A stretch of 64,000 nucleotides of DNA from Mobula hypostoma (taxonomy: Eukaryota): contig NC_086108.1 in assembly GCF_963921235.1 (NCBI RefSeq), forward strand, positions 86,306,001-86,370,000. The letters run 5' to 3'. The notes beneath the pieces were generated by a model. It did not search any database. It had not been told where the DNA came from and saw only the letters and a program-made list of their open reading frames with translations. Below, piece by piece: positions 23,742 to 37,027 of the stretch. The position numbers and the translations under genes are program-made. Every line of letters begins with the position of its first letter. Positions within the stretch are counted from its first letter, which is position 1.

Positions 23742-24013
23742 CAGTGTTCCCAAACCTCCGGGCCGCGAAGCATGCAGCAGTACAGCGGTAGCCGGAACAC
23801 ACCCAACACATCTTTAAGAAAAAATGCTGAAATAAACAAGCTAATTAATTAGTTAGGTTGCAATCGGCAATCGCCTCTAATCTGGGCTGACATTTACGTG
23901 CCGGGCGGCACCTAATTAATTAGCTTGTTTATTTCGGCTTTTTTCTTAAAGATGTGCTGGGTGCGTTTTGGCCACCGCTGCATTCTTCGCAGCCTGGAGG
24001 TTGGGGACAACTG
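23742..24013. mobile_element. Palindromic hAT MITE nested in the hAT
   Basis: CAGTGTTCCCAAACC...GGTTGGGGACAACTG; TSD AATCATAA/AATTATAA; long inverted arms. Confidence 0.85.
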
Positions 24014-25925
24014 AATTATAAGTCACTTATAAGTCAATGCATCATAACATTTTAAGTAAAGTTTGGATATTAAACACACCGCGCATATTTTCTCCGTATG
24101 AACATATAAAATCATTGCAACACACCAATATCGCTGAATGAGTGGGAGCCCTGGGCTTGTTTCCCTGCAACAAGATGGTCCCATTGAGGGGTGATGGGAG
24201 ACAGCGATACTTGAAGGGGGTTCCTTATGTCCAGTCTATTCCGCAATTTAGTTTCCATTGCAATCATTGAGAAAACTCCACTTCGCAGAGGTATGTTGGA
24301 AATGGAAGCAACGTTTTCAGTGCTTTCGAGGCTGTCTCAGGATATTCAGCCTTGACTTTGATCCAGAATGCCGGCGGAGATGTTGTATCAAACATACTTT
24401 TCAGCCTGCCGTCATTTGCAAGCTCGAGGAGTTGATCTTTTTCCTGCGCTGACATGGAAGATTCACCGGAAACGTTCACAAATGGGTCACAGACCCATTC
24501 CTTTGCACGTCTTGGGTCATTTGCGCCTTGGGTCACTGATGACCTCTCGTGCGTTAAAGTTCAACAGTGGGTGTGACAGGGAATGAGGAAAGGTGCAGCT
24601 GACTCATATCATTTCATATCGCCAAATCGTATTGTTTCCTTGTGGCTTGCAGCTCGTGGCCCGGTCGCACATGCTTTGCGGCCCAGTATCAGTCCACGGC
24701 CTGGTGGTTGGGGACCACTGTTTTAAGGAACTCCTGGATGGCTGCATGGAGCTTAGTAAAATAGAGGGCTATGGGTAAAGCCTAGGTAGTTCTAAGGTAG
24801 GGACATGTTCAGCACAGCTTTGTGGACCGAAGGGCCTGTATTGTGCTGTAGGCTTTCTATGTTTCACTGAGGGCCGACCAACTGGCCTATAAATTCCTTT
24901 CTTCTTCCCCTCTCCATTCTTGAGAAGTGGTATGATATTTGCAGTTTTCCAGTCAAGGAAACTTGCCAGAATCTATTAATTCTTGATAGATCGTTATTAA
25001 TGCCTCCACAATCTCTCCAGCCACCTCTTTCAGAACCATGGTCCTGTTGCTTTATTTACCTTCAAACCTTTCAGTTTCCCAAGCACCTTCTGCCCAGTAA
25101 TGGCAACTTCACTCACTTCTGCCTGCCCCCTGACACTCTCAAACGTCTAGCATATTGCTGGTACCTGATACAATGAAGATTGATTGCTGCAAAATTCTTA
25201 TTCAGTTCATCTGCCATTTCCTTGTCCCCCATTCTGACCACTTCAGCATAACTTTCCAATGGTTCAATATCTACTCTCAGCTCTCCTTTACTCATTATGT
25301 ATATGAAGAAATTTTTGGTATCCTCTTCAATATTATTGCCGAGCTTACTTTTGTATTCCATCTTTTCCCTCTTTATGATTTTTTTAGTTACATTTGGAAG
25401 GTTTTTAAAAACTTCCTAATACCCTATCACCTCACTATTTTGTACCCTATTATATGCCCTCTTTTCGCTTTTATGTTGGCTTTGATTTTCCTTGTCATCC
25501 ATGATTGCATCATCGTGCCTTTAGAATACTTCCTCTTCTTTGGGATGCTTCTATCTTGTGTCTTTCAAAGTGCTCTCTGAAATTCCATTGCCATTCTGCC
25601 ATCATCCCTGCTGATGTCCTCTTCCAATCAACTTTGGCCAGCTTCTCTCTCATGCCTCTGTAATTCCCTTTATTCCATTGTAATACTGATACATCTAAGT
25701 TTAGCTACGCCCTCTCAAATTGCAGGATGAATTCTATCATACTTTGATCTCTCTCTCTCTCCTAAGGGTTCTCTTACCTTAAGCTCTCAAATCAATTCTG
25801 GTTCATTGCACAACACCCAATCCAGAATATCTGTCTGCTTGTAGGCTCAACCATCAGCTGCTCTGAAAAGCCATTTGTAGGCATTCTACAAATACCCCCT
25901 CTTTGAATCTGACACCAATCTAATT

Positions 25926-27978
25926 GAAAGAAATTTTCAAAGGGAAGAAGGACGCTACCGTGGCTGACAAGTGAATTCAGAGTCAAAATAAAAGCAAAAG
26001 AGAGTGCATACAAGGAAGCCAGGGCTAGTGGGAAGATAGAGGATTGGGGAGCTTTTAAAAACTTGCAGAAGGAAACTGAGAAAGTCAGTCGGAAGGAAAA
26101 GATGAATTATGAGAGGAAGCTGGTGACTAATATCAAAGAAGATACTGAAAGCTTTCTTAAGTATATAGAGGGTAAAAGAGAATCGAGGGTATATAGGACC
26201 AATACTAAATGACGCTGGAGATATTGTAATGAAAGATGCAGAGGTGGCAGAGGAAATGAATACATATTCTGCATCAGTCTTCACAGTGGAATACGTCTGC
26301 AGTGAACTGGATATTCAAGAGTGTCAGGGAAGTGATATTTGTGCAGAGAAAATTACGACTGAGAAGGTGCTCAGGAAGCTTAATGGTCTGAGGTTGGATA
26401 AATCTCCCGAACCTGACGGAATGCACCTCGGGTTCTGAAGAAAGTAGCTGGAGAGATTGCAGAGGCATTAACAATGATCTTTCAAGAATCAATAGATTCT
26501 GGCATTGTACCGGATGACTGGAAAATTGCAAATGTTAATCCACTATTTAAGAAGGGTAGGAGGCAGCAGAAAGGAAATTATAAACCTGTTAGCCTGACAT
26601 CAGTGGTTGGGAAGTTGTTGGAATCGATTGTTAGGGATGAGATTACGGCATACCTGGAGACACATGACAAGATAGGCCAAAGCCAGTATTGTTTCCTGAA
26701 AAGAAGATCCTGCCTGACAAACCTACTGAAATTCTTTGAGGAAATTACAAGCAGGGTGGACCAAGGGGATGCAGTAGATGTGGTGTACTTGGATTTTCAG
26801 AAGGCCTTTGACAAGGTGCCACACATGAGGCTGCTTAGCAAGATAAGAGCCCACGGAATTACAGGGAAGTTACTAGTGTGGGTGTAGCATTGACTGATTG
26901 GCAGAAAACAGTGGGAATAAAGGGATCCTATTCTGGCTGGCTGCCAGTTACCAGTTGAGTTCTGCAGGGGTCGGTGTTGGGACCGTTACTTTTTACAATG
27001 AATGTTAATGATTTAGACTATGGTATTAATGGATTTGTGGCTAAATTTGCCAATGCTACAAAGATAGATGGAGGAGCAGGTAGTGTTGAGGAAACAGAGA
27101 CCCTGCAGAGAGACCTAAATAGTTTAGGGGAATGGGCAAAGAAGTGGCAAATGAAATACAATGTTAGAAAATGTATGGTCATGCACTTTGGTGGAAGAAA
27201 TAAGCAGGCAGACTATTATTAAGATGAGAAGAGAATTCAAAATGCAGAGATGCAAAGAGACTTGGGAGTCCTTGTGCAAGATACCCTAAAGGTTAACCTG
27301 CAGGTTGAGTCAGTTGTGAAGAAGGAAAATGTAATGTTGGCATTCATTTCTAGAGGTATATAATATAAGAGCCAGAATGTAATGTTGAGGCTCTATAAGG
27401 CACTCATGAGACCACACTTGGAGTATTGTGTGCAGTTTTGGGCTCCTTATTTTAGAAAGGATACACTGACATTGGAGAGGGTTCAGAGAAGATTCATGAG
27501 AATGATTCCAGGAATGAGAGGGTTACCATATGAGGAACGTCTGGCAGCTCTTGGGCTGTATTCCCTGGAGTTCAGGAGAATGAGGGGGGATCTCATAGAA
27601 ACATTCCAAACGTTAAAAGGCCTGAACAGATTAGATATGGCAAAGTTATTTCCCATGGTAGGGGATTCTAGGACAAGAGGGCATGACTTCAGGATTGAAG
27701 GACGTCCTTTTAGAACTGAGATGTGGAGAAATTACTTTAGTCAGAGGGTGATAAATCTGTGGAATTTGTTGCCATGAGCGGCTGTGGAGGCCAAGTCATT
27801 TGGTGTATTTAAGGCAGAGATAGATAGGATCTTGATTAGCCTGAGCATCAAAGGGTATGGGATGAAAGCAGGGGAGTGGGGATGACTGGATGAAGTGAAA
27901 CAGCCCATGATTGAATGACGGAGCAGACTCGATGGGCCGAATAGCCTACTTCTGCTTCTAAATCTTATGGTCTTATGG
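25926..27978 (+). mobile_element. 5'-truncated CR1 inserted in the minus-strand CR1
   Basis: ORFs 26474-26887, 26974-27222 and 27382-27777 carry CR1 RT motifs; tail TCTTATGGTCTTATGG; flanked by a TCTAATT duplication. Confidence 0.9.
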
Positions 27979-29710
27979 TCTAATTTTCCCAAATCACCAT
28001 GACTATCATACCATTTCCCTTTTGACATGTCTTTTCTATCTCCTGTTGTAATTTGCAGACCTATCTTTGCTACAGTTTGGAGGCCTTAACATAACATCCA
28101 TCAGAGTCATTTTACCTTTGCAGTTACTTATCTCTACCTACAAGTATTCGATATATTCCAATCCTATGTCATCTCTTTCTAAGAATTTGATTTCATTTTT
28201 TACCAACTGAGCCTCCCCATCCCCTCTGCCTACCTGCCTGTCCTTTGATACAATGTGTATCGTTGGATGTTAATCTCCAAAAATATAATCTACTTACAGC
28301 CACGACTCAGTGCTGCCCACAATGTTATACCTGCCAATCTCTAACTGTGCTACAGCTCCATATACTGCATGCATTCAATTATAACATCTTCAGTACTGTA
28401 TTCATGACCCTTGTCAATTTAGTCCCCCGTTTACATTGCCACTCATCCCACTGACTGCAATTTTGCCTTATCATCAGTCTCTCCTTGCTTGCAGTCTCAC
28501 TACATACTGCCTCCGTTAGTTAAGCAACTGCCCCATCCTCAGCCCTATCGCTCTAGTTCCCATCCCTCTGCCTAATTAGTTTAAACCCTCCCAAACTGCT
28601 CTAGTAAACCTGCTCTCAAGGACATTAGGCCCCCTCAGATTCAGGTGTAACCCATGCCTTTTGTACAGGCCATATCATCCTCAGACGTGATTGCAACAAT
28701 CTAGAAATCTGAACCCTTGCCCTTGCACCAATTCCTCAGCCATGTATTTACCTGACAAATGCTCCTATTCTTATTCTCACTGGCACATGGCACAGGCAGT
28801 AACCCCTAGAAATCCTGCTTTTCGGCTTTGTACCTAACTTCCTAAAATCTCTCCTCAGGACCTCCTCACCTTCCCTAGTTATGTCATTGGTGCCAATATG
28901 TACCAAGACTTCTGGCTGCTCACCCTCCCCCTTTAGAATGCTATGGGCCCGATCTGAAACATCCCTGACCCTGGCACCTGGGAGGTAATATATACCATCT
29001 GGGTGTCCCTATCACGTTCACAGAATCCCATCTCTATTCCTCTAACTATGGAATCTCTTTTCACTACTGCAATCCTCTTCACTTCTCTTCTCTCCTAAAC
29101 CACAGTGCCAGACTTCGAGCTAGAAAACCAATCACTACAGCTCCCCCCAGTATGTCGTCCCCCTCAACAATATCCAAAATGGTATACTTATTATTGAGGG
29201 GAACAACCACAGGATACTCTGTACTGGCTGCCTCTTTCCTTTCCTTCATCTTGACAGTCACCCAGTTACTTGTCTCCTACAACCTAGGGGTTACTACCTC
29301 TCTGGAGCTCATATTTGTCATTTCCTCAGTCTCCCATACGAGCCGAATGTCATTGAATTGCAGCTCCAGTTTCTTAACACGTTCTTTGAGGAGCTGCAGC
29401 TTGGTGCACCTGATGCAGATGTGGTTATCTAGGAAACTGTATGTCTCATAGAATTCCCATATCTTACACAATGAACATATCACTGCTGCTGAAGTAATTC
29501 TGTCTGCTCTAATTATGCCCTAACAGATTGGGAATGAAGAATAAAGAAGAAGGGGGAACTTACCAGATACTTACTTCTCCCAAGCCTGATCTTGCCTAAG
29601 CCTGATGGGCCAAAGCCAAAACCTCCCCACTCTAACACTGGCCCAATTGCACAAAGGCTGTTTTGCTTGTCCCTGCGTTAGTTTTATTCACCTTGCTAGT
29701 GAATCCCATA

Positions 29711-30055
29711 CACTGACTGACTGCAGTTCAAACTCTAATAACTGCCACAAAATGTTACTTTTTAAATTGTCAATCATGGACCAGAGTGAAGCCACCCCTT
29801 CTTATGCTCCTGTCCACTGATTGGCTACAGTTCAAACTCTGAAGATATCTGCAAAACTCTACTTTTTTAATCTTCAGTTGAGGATCTGTGTGAAGCTGCC
29901 TTCTTTCCCCACATCCCCATTCCACTGACATGCCATGGTCCAAACTCTGAACAAGCTGCAAAGCAGTGTATTTTAATCTTCAATTGTGGACCTGTGTGAA
30001 GTTATCTCTTCTTCTCACAGGCCTGTCCACTGATTGGCAGCAGTTCAGACTGAAC
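29711..30055. repeat. Diverged tandem array of ~105-bp monomers at the CR1 5' end
   Basis: CACTGA...(cagttca)aactct anchors recur at 29711, 29815, 29923 and 30028. Confidence 0.7.
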
Positions 30056-31129
30056 AATTTGGTGAAAATTGTAGCCAAAATGTGACGTCTAAGCTGAGAG
30101 AAAAGAAGTAAAGTGCGCAGAAATAAGATGGATTCTTGACCTCACTATCTACCTCATTATGATCTTGTATCTCACTTGCATTTTCTAGCCGTTCTATTAT
30201 TGTTTTGGATTGTTCTACCTCAATGCACTGTGTAATGGTTTGATATGAAAGATATGCTTTTCATGGTATTTCAATGTATGGGACTATAATAAGCCAATTC
30301 CATTCCAATTTCAGGAGTAAAATGCATGGTACAGTCAGCTATGAAATCATGAATGATAATGACACTGTGTCTGACAAAGACCAGACAATATCCATTTCCA
30401 AGAAAGGATACTGCTGCCTTCCTGTGATATGCAAAACAATTACTGCCGTTGAGACCTCTATGTTTCAGGGTTTCCAAATGTTCAAACCTACCTGATAAAT
30501 CTTCTGCTTATATGAGCAAAGAGATGTAATTAGTAACTGGAAAAGACTGGATGACATGCCGATGAAGCAGACATAATGGAAGCTTTCAGAGGGAATTGGA
30601 TATATATCTGAGAAAAGAAAATTACTGTGGACAAGTGTGGGGAAATGATGCATTGCTCAGTGGCTGAGATAGTGAAGTTAATTATGGAAAAAGATGAATG
30701 ATTGCAAATTGTCAGAGGGAGTTCGGATGAACGTCGGAGATCTGGGAAGAGATAGGTGTCTGAGATCGAGGGAGAGATGTTTTTTGTGATGTTGGTGGGA
30801 GATGAACTTAGACAGAGAAAGGTAAGCAGCTAGGGATGTTTAAAGGTAAGTTTGATGGATCTGAAGGGAACAATCTCGTTGCTTCTGACCCACAATCATT
30901 GCCTTAAGAACTTGCACCTATCTTCTCCTGAAAAAAGGTTTATAATGAACACTAGCATGGTTCCAAGCTAAGTTAGTCCTTTTGTAGGATCCATACTATA
31001 AAATCCGCAGCATTAGAAACATGTGGACCAGGAAAGGAGAATGACTAGCAACTTGAGGAATCTGCTAGGGTTCTTCAGTACTAATTTATCGCCTTTTGTT
31101 GCATCCTGAACTTGGAAACTGGTGTAATA

Positions 31130-31545
31130 GGTAATATTATTGTCAAATCTACTGAGGTATAGGGAAAAGTTTTGTTTGCATGCCATATAAAACGAGTACA
31201 CTGAGGTAATGAGAAAGGAAAGCAAAGACAAAATGTACAGAGAAAGTGCAATGCGGGTAGATCGACAAGTAGCCAGGCATGGTGAGGTAGATTGAAAGAA
31301 TCAAGAGTTCATCTTTATTGTACAAGAAGTATATTCAAGTAACTTATATCAGCAAGAAAAAAACTGTCCTTGAGCCTGGCTGTTGTGTTCTCAAGTTTTT
31401 GTTTCTCAGTGTGATAGGAGGGGACGGGGAGGGGTAGAAGTGAGAAGGACTGGGTGGAAAGGGTCTTGGTTATGTTGATTGCTTTCCCAATCGAGTAAGA
31501 AATGTAGACAGTGTGAATGGACAGGAGGCTGGATTTCATGATGGA
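31130..31545 (-). mobile_element. Rex1-type 3' fragment
   Basis: TARLKDSFF motif and a Rex-like 3' UTR. Confidence 0.55.
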
Positions 31546-32977
31546 CTATATTTTCTTTACATGCAGTCAGCAACAAAACTTGTTAAGGTCACCTGTTCCA
31601 TATTTGATAAATAGTTGAAATCTTTTGGACCCATCAAAACTCGTACGTTGTATTTGGAATTTGAAACAGATGGATGCCAGCTTTTCCATTCTTGACACAG
31701 TTTGCTTACACGCTTAGTTTGCAACCCAGTTTGAAATGTGTGTATGCAGAGCTAACAATGGAAGATATTTGTGTTAAATGGTGTCAGTTATGGTTCAATT
31801 ATTCTCGTTCACATATGTCAGGTACTAGCATAGGAATTAGAATTCGAACTATGCAACCTGCATAGCATCAGAGGAGAGCAAATTGCCAGTTTTAACCAGA
31901 TGTTCACTGCACATGTATTCTCATTATAACAAATAAATGTTAAAGTTTTTCACTGGGGAAGTATTTCCCCAGTTTGTGCAGAATATTGTTATTGTCAAAG
32001 AGGGCATTGACGTTTTGCTAAAGTAAAACCTCCATATGGAGGATGTTGCTGGGTTTCATTAAAACATGGTCTGAGTGCATGAGGAATTTAGATATAGTCC
32101 AAATCAATCAACAGGCACAGCTCTGAGTCTGTTTATCAATTGAGATTCTTAGCCAATTTGCAGTGCTAAGTACAATAATCACACTTTATTATCTGTCTAT
32201 AGCATCTGCTTTGTAAGATATTACACTACAAGCTTTAAATTAGCCCTGGGTCAGATAACATTGCAACAAACAGATCTGTGGATAATAAGGTTGTTTACTA
32301 TAGCACATTAGATGAGTAACTGACTGATGATGTGGCAGAATAATTTGATGTGAATGATCACACTGTGAAACTGGTTATGTGTGTGTCCAGTGTCAATATC
32401 GCACAGATATTGTTCATCAAATTGATTCTGTAATGAACAGAATGACTTCTTTCCATGCTGTAATGCTGTGAATGTGTATAATCCATTTTGTTTTTTTTCT
32501 GGACATATAAACACCTAATGCTTCAGTTCCATAATGGGAGTGAGTGCCTCGCTGTGAACCAGCTTGTTACAATTATCAACTGTATGCCTTTGTTCTCTGT
32601 TGCATGTTGGATGGATGTACTTTGTAATGGTTGTTGATAATGTCTCCAGGATGTAACAAGAGCTTCAGTAACATTAGTTGCTCAGTGGTTTGGAAAAGAA
32701 TGATCACATGGCAATGCAGATGTGCAAAAATGCTTTGAATACTCAGTATTTCCCTTAGGATTCTTGGAGGTGGGGAGATGGGGGGAGGGCTCAACAGGCT
32801 TAGCCATTGAGTGGACTATATTCTTTTACTCCAGACTTCCCCCACATTAGCTATCTAGTCATAGAACACTACAGCACTGAAACTACAGCATCATCATAGG
32901 CATGTCGTAAATGGTCAGCATATTTGGAGTGAGCCACCAGAGAAAGTAATTAAGGCAAGTACAACTTCAAAAATACA

Positions 32978-35790
32978 TTCAAAGTAAATTTATTATCAAA
33001 GTACATATATGTCACCATATACAGCCCTGAGTCTCATTTTCTTGTGGGCATACAGAGTAAGTCCAAGAAACACAATGGTATCAATGAAAGACCATGCTCA
33101 GTTGGACAGACAAACAACCAATGTGCAATAGTCAACAAATTTTTCAAATAAAAATGTGGAATAATATTAATAATAGATAAATAATAAATATCAAGAACAT
33201 GAGAGGAAGAGTCCTTGAAAGTGAGTCCATAGGTTGCGGGAAAAGTTCGGAGATAGGGAGAGTGAAGTTATCCCCTTGGGTTCAAGAGCCTGATAGTTGA
33301 AGGATAATAACTCTTCTTGAAACTGGTGGTGTGGGACCCGAGTTTCAGTACCTTCTTCCTGATGGCAGCTGCAAGAGAAGAGCATGGCCTGGGTGGTAGG
33401 GTCCTTGACGATAGATGCTGCTTTCCTGTGACAGTGCACTGTGGAGGGATCCACCCATGATGGAATGAGCTGTATCCACTACTTTTTGGAGGATTTTCCA
33501 TTCAAGGGCATTGGTGTTTCCATACCAGGTCATGATACAACCAGTTAATGTACTCTCCACTACACATCTATAGAAGTTTGTCAAAGTTTTAAATGTCATG
33601 CTGAATCTTTATATTTCCAAGGAAGTAGAGGCACTACTGAGCTTTCTTTGTAATTGTACTTATGTGCTAGGCCTAAGAAAGGTCTTCTAAAATTATAAAT
33701 TTGAAGTTGCCGACCCTCTTCACCTCTGATCCCCTGATGAGGATTGGCTGATAGACCTCCAGCTTCCTCCTCCTGAAGTGAATAATCAGCTCCTTGGTCC
33801 TGATGACATTGACTGAGAAGTTGTTGTTGGGGTTCCACTCAGCCAGATTTTCGATCTCCCTCTTATATGCTGATTTGTCACCACTTTTGATTCAGCCAAC
33901 AACAGTGGTGCTGTCAGCAAACTTCAAAGGTTTCAAAGGTACATTTAATGTCAGAGAAATGTATAAAAAATACATCCTGAAATGCTTTTTCTTTGCAACT
34001 ATCCACAAAAAACAGTGTGCCCCCAAAGAATGAATGACAGTTAAATGTTAGAACCCCAAATTACCCCCCAGCTCCCCTCCCCCCTGAATGTAAGCGGCAG
34101 CAAGCAACGATCCCCCATCCCTCCACCGGCAAAAAAAAGCATTGGCAGCCACCACTGAGCACTCAACTGTGCAGCAAAGCAACAGCAAAGACACAGACTT
34201 GCAGTTCCCCAAAGGCTACTCGTTCACCTAGTATTCGACATACCACAGGCTCTCTCTCCCTCCCTAATAAGGGAGAGAGAGGTATTTCTGTTTCACAGCG
34301 AAAGGGGAGACATAGCAAACAACTCGCTGGTTTACGATGTTAAAAGTCTGTTGCGTAATTTTTTTTCCAAGCTCCGTGCCAAAAGATCACAGGTCTCCGT
34401 GCACACATCCTCACAACACAACTCTCACGACACACCGATCTCCTGACCGGGCACCAACCTCTGATCCCCCTGTCTTCAGAGCCAACAAATCTGGGACCTC
34501 TGAAGACGAGCAAAGCTCTTCGGCCATGCCTTGGTGTGCTGAATAACAGCCTGAGACCGGGTCCCATTTCCACAAAGAACTGTAGTCAGCATGTAACTCC
34601 AGGTCAGGGCCTTCAAAAGAACCCTGAAAGGGAACAATAGAGATATTAGAGATAGAAATATATCTGTTTCTGACAGTGCAAGGAAAGGAGGCGCCATTGA
34701 TTCTCCTGAGCTCCTCCTCTTAAATATGGCATTGAAGCTGTGCTTAGCCTCACAGTCATAAGGATAAAGTGAATAGAGCAGGGGGCTAAGCTCACTGCCT
34801 TGTGGTGCACCCGTACTGATGGAGATTGTGAAGGAGATTTTGTCAATCCAAGCTGACTGGGGTTTCCAATTGAGGAAATTAAGGATCCAATTGCACAAGG
34901 AGGTATTGAGGCCAAGTTCTTGAAGCGTGATTAGTATTGAATGCCAAGCAGCAGTCAATAGAAAGATTTTTGCACCTTTGCTGCCCAGATGTTTCAAGGT
35001 TGAGTGAAGAACCAATGAAATGACATGTGGTTTGGACCTGTTGTGCCCATAGGCAAGTTGGAGTGGATCCAATTCACTTCTCAGGCAGGAGTTGATATAT
35101 TTCATCACCAACTTCCCAAAGCACTTCATAACAGTGGATGCAAGTACTGTAAGTGCTACTGGGAAATAGTCATTAAGGCAGGTTACCACTTTCTTCTTAT
35201 GCACCCGTATGATTGAAGCCTACCTGAAGCAGGTGGTACCTCAGACTGCCGAAACATGATGTTAAATATCTCAGTGAACACTCCAGCCAGTTGATCAGCA
35301 CAGGTCTTTAGTACTCAGGCAGGTACCCCGTTTGAGCTGGTGCTTTCTGTGGGATGTTCTCACCTCAGTTTCAGACACTGGAATCATGGGGTCATTGGGA
35401 ACTGTGGGAGTCCATGCTGTGACAGTCAAGACGAGCATAGAAAGCATTGAGCTCATCTGGGAGCAAAGTCTTGTTGTTACATATGTCACTTGGCTTCACT
35501 TTGTAAGAGCTGATGGCATTCAAGTCCTGTCACAGCTGTCGAGCATCCTTGAGAAATTCAAGTTTGCTCTGGAATTGCCACTTCGCACATGAGATGGCTT
35601 TCCAGAGATTGTACCTGAAACCCTTGGTCACCAGACCTGAATGCCACTGATCTGGCCTCAGCAGATTCGGGATCTCGTGGTTCATCCAGGGCTTCTGGTT
35701 GGGGAAGGCTCATCTATGACTGTTTTGTATAAAGTCCATGACAACCCTGATGCATTCATTCAGATCTTCTGAGTCATTGAATATGTTTGA
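32978..35790 (-). mobile_element. Rex1/Babar LINE, decayed, interrupted at ~33924-34720
   Basis: VTCLNDYFPVALT...VMKCF...LDPLQLAY...LCNWILNFL...GAPQG.LSPLLYSLY; TLTNFYRCVVESTLTGCI; tail at 32978. Confidence 0.85.
33924..34720 (-). mobile_element. Non-coding Rex1-tailed element inserted in Rex1
   Basis: Host 'cagcaaac|ttaaatatggc' is split; element has a Rex-like 3' tail (ttcaaaggtttcaaaggtacatttaatg on +) and a 5' end with caatggcgcc. Confidence 0.65.
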
Positions 35791-35869
35791 GTCTCTATCC
35801 CACATCAACTTATTTGGGTAGCATCAGTACCACTCCTCATCATCATCATTAAGAAGCTGATAATAACAT

Positions 35870-37027
35870 TTCCAACGTAAAAACAACAAGATCTCAGGAA
35901 CAGACATCATTCTCACTGAAATCCCAAAACAATGAAGAAGAGGATTTACCAGGGGACCTCGGATTTGTTATAATTCTGACCACCTTTGAGAAGGAAGACA
36001 AGGCAAGCTGTGATAAACCAAAGAAAGGCCTCCCTTCTGCCTGTTAGAGGGAAAATAATCACCAGAATCATCTTCAGCTATCTCCTTCTAGTGTTCAAAG
36101 TGTTGCTCCACAAATGACAATGTGCATTCTATCCATCTAGAGCCAGATTGGACATAATCTCTTCATGCAGCACCTCCAACAAAATGCAAGACACATTATA
36201 TGGTCTTCTTGAAACTCATGAAAGCTTTGATATCATTAATCAAGAGGGACTGTGAAATTTCCCAAATTCGGTTCCCTACATACATTCATTGCTATCCATC
36301 ATTGGCTCCACAATGACATGCAAGCCCTGAAACTGGTCTAATGCAGAAGCAATCCCAGTGAAGGCAGATTGACCACCACCTCAATGCACCAGTGCAACCT
36401 TTGGCCAATAGAGGAAAATGGCATTCCAAAATAAGGATCTCAGACTTGACATATAAGTCATAGCCTACACTACATCAATGACCCCTGCCTTTCTGTATGT
36501 TGCTGAGACCTGCGCTACCAACAGCAGGCATCCCAAGTCACTGGAAGAATACCAACCCTTTCCATGCAAATCCTCCAAATTCATTGCAAGGATTAAAAAA
36601 AAACAATGGCAGTGCCATCTCCTTGCCAATGTGCCAGCAATGAGGGCTTGGCTAGTCTCAGTTGGCAGCACTGTACAGACCACATTATTTCCATGCCCAA
36701 TACCAGAAGGTGGAAACAGATATTGTGTTCCAAATTTTTCTGTGGGAACAGATGACAAGGATACAGACAAAACGATTCAAGTCAATGCTCAAAGTTTCCT
36801 GGAAGAACTGTAAGGTCATCACTGATATTGAGAATCTCAAAGTACGGGAAAAGCATGCTAGACGATATTGTGAATGTTAAGGATATGAATTACAGACCAG
36901 TATCCAACTTGTGCAGTCATCCATCTCCTTCCCCTATGTCACATTACTCTTATTTGCCACTTTAGAACCCACAAAGCCAAAACAAAAGAAAATGATCCTT
37001 AACCCCAAGGGACTGCCTTAGAAGAAG
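35870..37027 (+). mobile_element. RTE-clade LINE fragment, old
   Basis: KNNKISGTD; TPAFLYVAETCATNSRHPKSLEEYQ (RTE LLYG.ETW motif); 3' end gggactgccttagaagaag. Confidence 0.7.

Larger units (their letters stand above)
23222..24720 (-). mobile_element. hAT Charlie-type non-autonomous DNA transposon retaining the transposase C-terminus
   Basis: TIRs CAGGGGTCCCCAACC / GGTTGGGGACCACTG; 8-bp TSD TTTTAAGA/TTTTAAGG; WVCDPFVN...FWIKVKAEYPE...LLPFPTYLCE...RNRLD...VSLSPITPQWDHLVAGKQAQGSH. Confidence 0.92.
22222..24865 (+). mobile_element. 5'-truncated CR1 (second subfamily) inserted in the minus-strand CR1 and itself interrupted by a hAT
   Basis: ORF 22290-22892 SGMPQGCVLG...KFADDTK...LVRPHLEYCAQFWSP; resumes at 24721 and ends in tttctatgtttc. 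Confidence 0.88.
20867..29700 (-). mobile_element. Full-length CR1 LINE in three segments (20867-22221, 24866-25925, 27979-~29700)
   Basis: 3' tail at 20867; RT VDVVYLDFQKAFDKVP...SGVPQGSVL; ORF1 zinc finger/zipper CSLCKIWE...CIRCTKLQLL and SGNH esterase motifs AVVKRDSIVR and VHIGTND; segments rejoin across the insertions. Confidence 0.85.
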
